From NCBI GenBank assembly GCA_043228905.1, contig JBHGNT010000005.1, positions 22,506,001-22,570,000 on the forward strand: DNA of 64,000 nt. Direction: 5' to 3'. The notes under the pieces are model-generated. The model was not told where the DNA came from, did not search any database, and saw only the letters and a list, made by a program, of their open reading frames with translations. Of the stretch, positions 58,217 through 64,000 are shown piece after piece (the first letter of the stretch is position 1; each line of letters begins with the position of its first letter). The position numbers and the translations under genes are program-made. Source of the DNA: Azolla caroliniana (Eukaryota; Plantae; Polypodiophyta).

Positions 58217-61200
58217 ATGGACAGAGGTATGGTGAGTTCACTTCCAACAAAGAAGCTCAACTGGAGCAACTATGCATCATGGTCATATAAAATCCACCAA
58301 TACTTGTTGGGGCATGGTTATTGGAGGTACATGGAAGGAACTAACAAGGTAGCACCGGAGCCGGCACACAATGACTTCCCGGTATGGGAGCAAGGACCAA
58401 GCCGAGTATTGTACTGCCTCGCATCTTGTGTGCACAATCAGATGCTCGGCTACATAAAGGATGCAAAGATGCCGAAGGAGGCTTGGGAAAATCTATGGAA
58501 GATTTTCGTCGCGAGTATCACAGCCCATAAGTTGCAACTTTGGCAAGAGCTGAACAACATTCAACAAAGAGACATGTCGGTTACGGATTACACCACCAAG
58601 ATAAAGGACATTTGTGACGCACTCAGGTCCATCAACATGACGGTGGACGAAGACGAGATGGTACAAATCTGCCTCGGTGGTCTAGCGCAAAGGTACGGGC
58701 CAATCTGGAGAGCGCTCCGCACCCAAGAGAAGCCATCGTCCTTCTTCAACTTGCAATCAATGCTAATGATCAAAGAAAACCACGTGAGTGGGTCCAAGAC
58801 CACTCAATCAAACGACTGGATGTTGTAGATGGTGACAGATCGGCCCCATGGACGTGGTGGACAAGGTGGATTAGCACGCAATGGAGGCGGCCGGCAAGAG
58901 CAGGACAGAAGGCACAGAGGTAGTGCCGACAGCAGTTCCGGACCCCCCACAAGCAGGGGGAGTCAAAGCGGCGCCGGAAGCTGACACGGAATGCTGGTAT
59001 TGTGACAAAAAGGGCCACAAGGAAAGAGAGTGATGGAAGAAGCACGCCGATTCGGACAAATACAGATACGGCAAGGCCGGTCGGGAAAACCGGCAAAGCT
59101 CGCACTACACAGAAGGATCGGAAGGATCCAAAACTGGGAAGACCAGTAAAGGGCCAACCTTCGTGATGAAGCACAAGGCTAACTTGATGAAGAAGACTAC
59201 TTCCAAATCATAGGAAGTATGGTACATTGATTACGGAGCATCCAACCACATGATGAGCCATGAAGAGTGGTTCTCTTTTTTGGAAAAACCGGAACAATCG
59301 GGGATTGTCGAAACCGGAGACGACACCCCTCACCCGATTGTGCATGTCGAAGAAGTCCCTTTAAGCCATGTCGGAACAAAGGAGAAGCTGATGAATGTAC
59401 AACACGTTTCAACTATCACAAAGAACCTGGTGTTGGTTGGACAAATCGTCGACTAGGGAATGCAAGTGCGGTTTATGCACCTCGGGTGCTTCATCGAGGA
59501 AGAAGTTCGGATAATCACGCAAGGGCACAAGGAAGGGAGGATGTTCATCCTCAACACAAATGACGTTGGCCCCGCCATGTTTGCCAAAGGACAGAAGACT
59601 AAATCAAACATCGATCTCTGGCATAAGCGGATCGGCCACATCAACTACTAGAGGCTTTAAGACCTGCAATCGAAACAAGGTGTTTTCGGTTTACCGAAAT
59701 TTGTGAAGCCTGCCAACTCGGGAAGCAACACCGGCTTCCATTCCCCACCGAATGAAATCGGAGCAGTAACAAGCTCGATCTAATACATTCGAATGTATGG
59801 GGACCGGCACAGAACGTTAGTCTTGGCGGGAGTCGATATTTCATGTCCTTCATCAACGACTACAGCCGGCACACGTGGATCTACCTCATCAAACTGAAGA
59901 GCGAAGTCTTCGAATGTTTCTGGAACTTGAAAACCTTAGTTGAACGAGAAACGGAGAGGAAGATCAAGTGTTTACGGTCGGATGGCGGAAAAATATACTT
60001 TTCCGGCCAATTCAACGGTTATCTGCAGTAGAACGGAATTCATAGAGAATTCAGCTGTCGATACATACCGGAACAAAACGATGTGGCCGAGAGGAAGAAA
60101 CAGTCGATTGTCGACGTGGCAAGGGCAATGCTAGAGGAGAAGAGCATGCCCCAATCCTACTTGGCTGAGGCGGTCCGGACGGCCATCTACATCCAAAACT
60201 GGATCGGAGACAAGGTGTCAGCACATGAGCTATATTTCGGGCAAAAGCCAAATTTAAGGCACCTTCGGATATTCGGTAGCATAGCATATGTGCATGTACC
60301 GGATGAGAAGCGGAGGAAGCTGGATCCGAAGTCAGAGAAATGCATACTCGTCGGCTTCTCGCATGAACAGAAGGGGTATAAGTGTTATAACCCCCAGACT
60401 AAACAGGTTCGAATAAGTTGAGATGTCGAGTTTGATGAGTCGGCATCATGGTACTCCCTACCGACTCCAACTCTAGACAAAGACTCGATTCCGGAGGATG
60501 ACGCTAGTGAACCCGGAGAGGACTTCGGCACTCTAGAAGAGAGTCCGATCTCATTCCGGTTAAGTGGACCGAATGAGCGGCTGAGTCGAGATGACCAGTC
60601 GGATGAAGAACCGGCGAGTAGTGGAGACTCTGTCGTGCTCTCCCTGAGCAAGGAACCAAGGAGACAGTTCACGCGGAAAGAGAAGGGGAAGAAGAAGATG
60701 CCGGAATACGACACCGGCAGTGAAGAGTCAGATCGGATCGGACCTGACCCCGGAAAGGAAGAAGGTAGATCTTCAGAAAGGAAGTCTGAGACAGCCAAGA
60801 AGGGCCTCAAACCGGCTAACGAAAAGTTACGCACTCAATCCGCTAGAAGAACCCCGTCCAGCGGTATGGGTACTACGAGTACATGGCGCATCACTATGCG
60901 CACATGACCAAGGTGGCGGAAGTGCATGAGCCGGAGAGCTACGCAGAAGCGGCAAAGGACGCAAATTGGTGTGCCGCTATGGAGGAAGAAATGCAGGCAC
61001 TCGATGCCAATGACACATGGAACCTCGTTGACCCTCCCCGACACTGTAAACCAATCGGATGTAAGTGGGTGTACAAGGTAAAGTACAATGTTGATGGTTT
61101 GGTTAACCGGTACAAGGCCCGATTAGTGGCAAAGGGATACGCGCAGACTCACGGAATCGACTACGACAAGACCTTCACTCTAGTAGCGAAGATGACAACA

Positions 61201-62900
61201 ATTCGTGTAGTACTGGCGGTTGTTGCGGCAAGGGGGTGGCATCTTCACCAAATGGACGTGAAGAATGCATTTCTTCAAGGTGATCTTGAAGAACGGGTCT
61301 ATATGATCCAACCCCCCAGTTTCCAATCGGAGATGAACAAGTCGGCAATGTTCCGACTCAAGAACTCGCTTTACGGTCTGAAGCAAGCCCCTTGAGCTTG
61401 GAATGCGAAGATCACGCACCGGTTGTGTAAGATGGGGTTTGCGGCCTCAAAGTCTGACTCTTCATTGTTCATCCGGAACTATCCGGATGGTCTGATTTGC
61501 ATTTTGCTTTATGTAGATGATTTAGTCATCACCGGACCCGGACTTAATGAAATCGACCGAGTGAAGGCCCAGCTATCAGATGCATTTGAGATGAAGGGCC
61601 TGGGGGACCTTCATTATTTCCTTGGGATCGAGGTGATCCGAACCCCCGACGGCATATTGCTCTCGCAATGCCATTATGTGTTGAATATGTTGTACAAGTT
61701 CGGCATGACGGAATGCCGACCTATCTCTACACCCCTGGACCGGAATCAAAAGCTCTGTCCTGACTTCGGACCAGCCTGCGATGAGAAACGGTTCCGACCA
61801 ATCGTCAGAAACCTCATATACTTGTGTTGAGCAAGCAAGCTCAACCGGATCCGAATCGGTTGAATAATCCTGAGCCGGATCGGTATCCGGATGGTATCCG
61901 GAAACAACCGGTCGGATGGGGGAGCTGGATAGGAGAGTCGGATTCGACTGGGAACCGAAAGCCTAGTAGTAGCCTAAACTACTAGGTAATTATTGTCTCG
62001 TAGTTAGTGTCAGTCGCACATGTGAGCATTGAAGTACATGTCAATCCTTTATGGACTTGTATAAATAGTGTTGTTTAGCACGTTGTATGTACAGAGTTTT
62101 AGAGTTAATTTTTGAATATAGTTTTATGTTTTGCTCTCTCTGTCTCCTCTGTGTTTTTAAGCTTTTCCATTAAACCTTCATCTCATTTTCTGTTGCTATC
62201 TGACTGAGCCGGTTCTGTCTGACGCTTCCGCACATTAACATTCACAACTTAACAATCTCTCGACCGGACATTAGTTACCCGGTCGGAGTGATCAACCAAT
62301 TCATGCAGAAGTCGATCGTCGAGCACCTTCAGTGCGCACACCGGATACTCCGGTATGATAACGGCACAAAGGACCGGGGACTGTTATACCGACATGGTAT
62401 AGCTGGGAAGCTAGTCAGATATACCGATGCCGATTGGACCGGTGATGCATCGGATCGTCGATCCATCTCCGGTTACATGTTTTCTCTAGGTAGCACGGTT
62501 GTTGCGTGGAGCAGCAAAATGCAGCCAACAGTGGCTCTATCGAGCACTAAGGCTGAGTACCGGGGCGCTACAATGCCACCTGTGAAGCCATTTGGCTTCG
62601 GCGACTGCTGCGTGACCTCCGGATTGAGGTACCGACCCCGATCCTGATCTACTATGACAACATGAGCAGCATTCATCTCGCCAAGAACCCTATATTCCAT
62701 GTTCAGACAAAGCACATAGAAATGCATTATCGCTTTGTTCGTGAGTAGGTCCTGAGCGGTGAAGTTGAACTTCGGTATGTTCACATGGATCGGCAGGTTG
62801 CTGACATCTTCGCCAAGCCGCTAGGATCGGACAAGTTGCAGCATTTTTCGGAGATGCTCGGTATTCAGCATCTCGATGTGCCGCACTTGAGGGGGAGAAC
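58217..62900 (+). pseudogene. Copia E gag-pol with many stops
   Basis: gag similar to 18275-19336; LWHKRIGH, KLDPKSEKC, YKARLVAKGY, YVDDL, SSTKAEY. Confidence 0.9.
61825..62246 (+). mobile_element. Solo LTR of an E-related Copia inserted in the RT of E
   Basis: TGTTGAGCAAG..TTCACA; TSD ACTTG/ACTTA; removal restores IYLTISRPD. Confidence 0.9.
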
Positions 62901-63799
62901 AGGAATGGGGATGAATGATGAATGGCACCGGACAAGGAGTCAGAGAGGAAGAAAGAACCAAGGGGGGAGATAAGCAGAAAAAGGAAGCCGAGTCGACCGA
63001 AGGAGTCGGCAGATCCGAACAAGTCGGAGCAAGCGGCAGCAACAGCAGAGTCAAGAAGGATAGAGCCGACCGGAAGAAGGCCAAGACCCGAACGTGGTCC
63101 GATGTGGTGAAAGGCCTAAAAATGGAAGACGAGTTGGAGACTAACAACTCGGACAAGAGTTAGAACGAATCGGAGGAAGCCGATTCGGTTCAAGATTCGG
63201 AGAAGCCAGATCAACTAAAGGCCAACCGGACGAGAAGGCGGCGGAAGTCAACACTGACATGGAGGAACAGATGGATCGACAAGCGCCGGAGTCATAACAA
63301 CGAAGGAGCCAAAATAGGCCTGTTGAGCAGACAAGCCGACCAAGGAGGTCGAGGTGCGCAGTACCGGACGGGTCGTGCGAAGCGGAACTGGACCGGACGA
63401 GGAGCGCGAGCAAGGCGGAACGACGCAAGAAGGAGTCGGGTGGAAGGAACGGCTGCCACATACACTAACACCACGATCCGACCTCAAGTTGAGCTTGAGG
63501 GGGAGTGTTGAGCGAGCAAGTTCAACTGGATCCGGATCGGCATCCGGAAGGATGAGCCGGATCGGTATCCGGAAACAACCTGCCAAATCAGAGAGCTGGA
63601 TTTGAGTGCGAACCGGAAGCCTAGTAGTAGCCTAGACTACTAGGTAATCATTGTCTCATACTTAGTGTCAATTGCTCGTATGAGCATTGAAGTACATAGT
63701 ACTTCTGTCAGTCCTTTTGGGGACTTGTATAAATAGTGTTGTTTAGCACGTTGTATGTACAGAGTTTTAGAGTGATATTTTGAATTGAGTTTATGTTCT

Positions 63800-63847
<48 letters not shown>

Positions 63848-64000
63848 ACGCGTATTCTCTGTGTTAAGTTCTCCATTAAACCTTTTCTCATTTTTTGTTG
63901 CTATCCTGCTGAGCCGGTTTGTCTAATGCTTCCGCGCGCTAACTTTTACACTACGGCACCAAATGGGCATAACTAAGAATCAGTCTAATTAAGTCGGACA

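Larger units (their letters stand above)
51435..63950 (+). mobile_element. Ty1/Copia element E (related to A) with three LTRs: 51435-57575 (interrupted), 57636-58123, 63506-63950
   Basis: TSD CTATG/CTACG; PBS TGGTATYAGAGC at 57576 and 58124; PPT 63494-63505. Confidence 0.9.
46330..64000 (+). pseudogene. Old Copia RT/RNase H remnant split into ~46330-46639, 51203-51434 and 63951-64000 by elements D and E
   Basis: AVKHVFRYL, WKSKLQ..STTEVEY, KHVDVRYHFV; reading DRFQSLRHQMG continues across the E insertion. Confidence 0.8.

Overview
The window is plant-type heterochromatin made almost entirely of nested transposons, and I found no host gene. The host is probably a non-seed land plant such as a fern; this is inferred from the element types. 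It contains: (i) several members of one tRNA-Trp-primed Ty3/Gypsy lineage, including a near-intact young autonomous copy (7378-14703), an older decayed copy (26835-45932), gag-only non-autonomous copies and a solo LTR; (ii) four Ty1/Copia elements; (iii) a near-full-length LINE sitting in a (CT)n tract; (iv) a 12-kb Sola2-like DNA transposon (32416-44453, 25-bp TIRs, TTTC TSD). The Sola2-like element is the best candidate for an undescribed system. Besides a spliced DDD transposase, it carries a convergent, apparently intact multi-exon cargo gene (unknown N-terminal domain, coiled-coil-like segment, RING-H2-like finger) followed by an FCP1/NIF-like pseudo-phosphatase ORF. Kilobase arrays of the palindrome AGCTAATTAGCT fill introns of both genes, an organisation reminiscent of the VANDAL/VANC anti-silencing module. 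The Gypsy lineage also shows unusual shared traits: 4-bp CpG-centred target sites, a -1 frameshift site with a predicted pseudoknot placed after the protease, a covarying hairpin before the PPT, and a tRNA-like A/B-box segment in one LTR subfamily. All coordinates were read by eye and may be off by a few bases.
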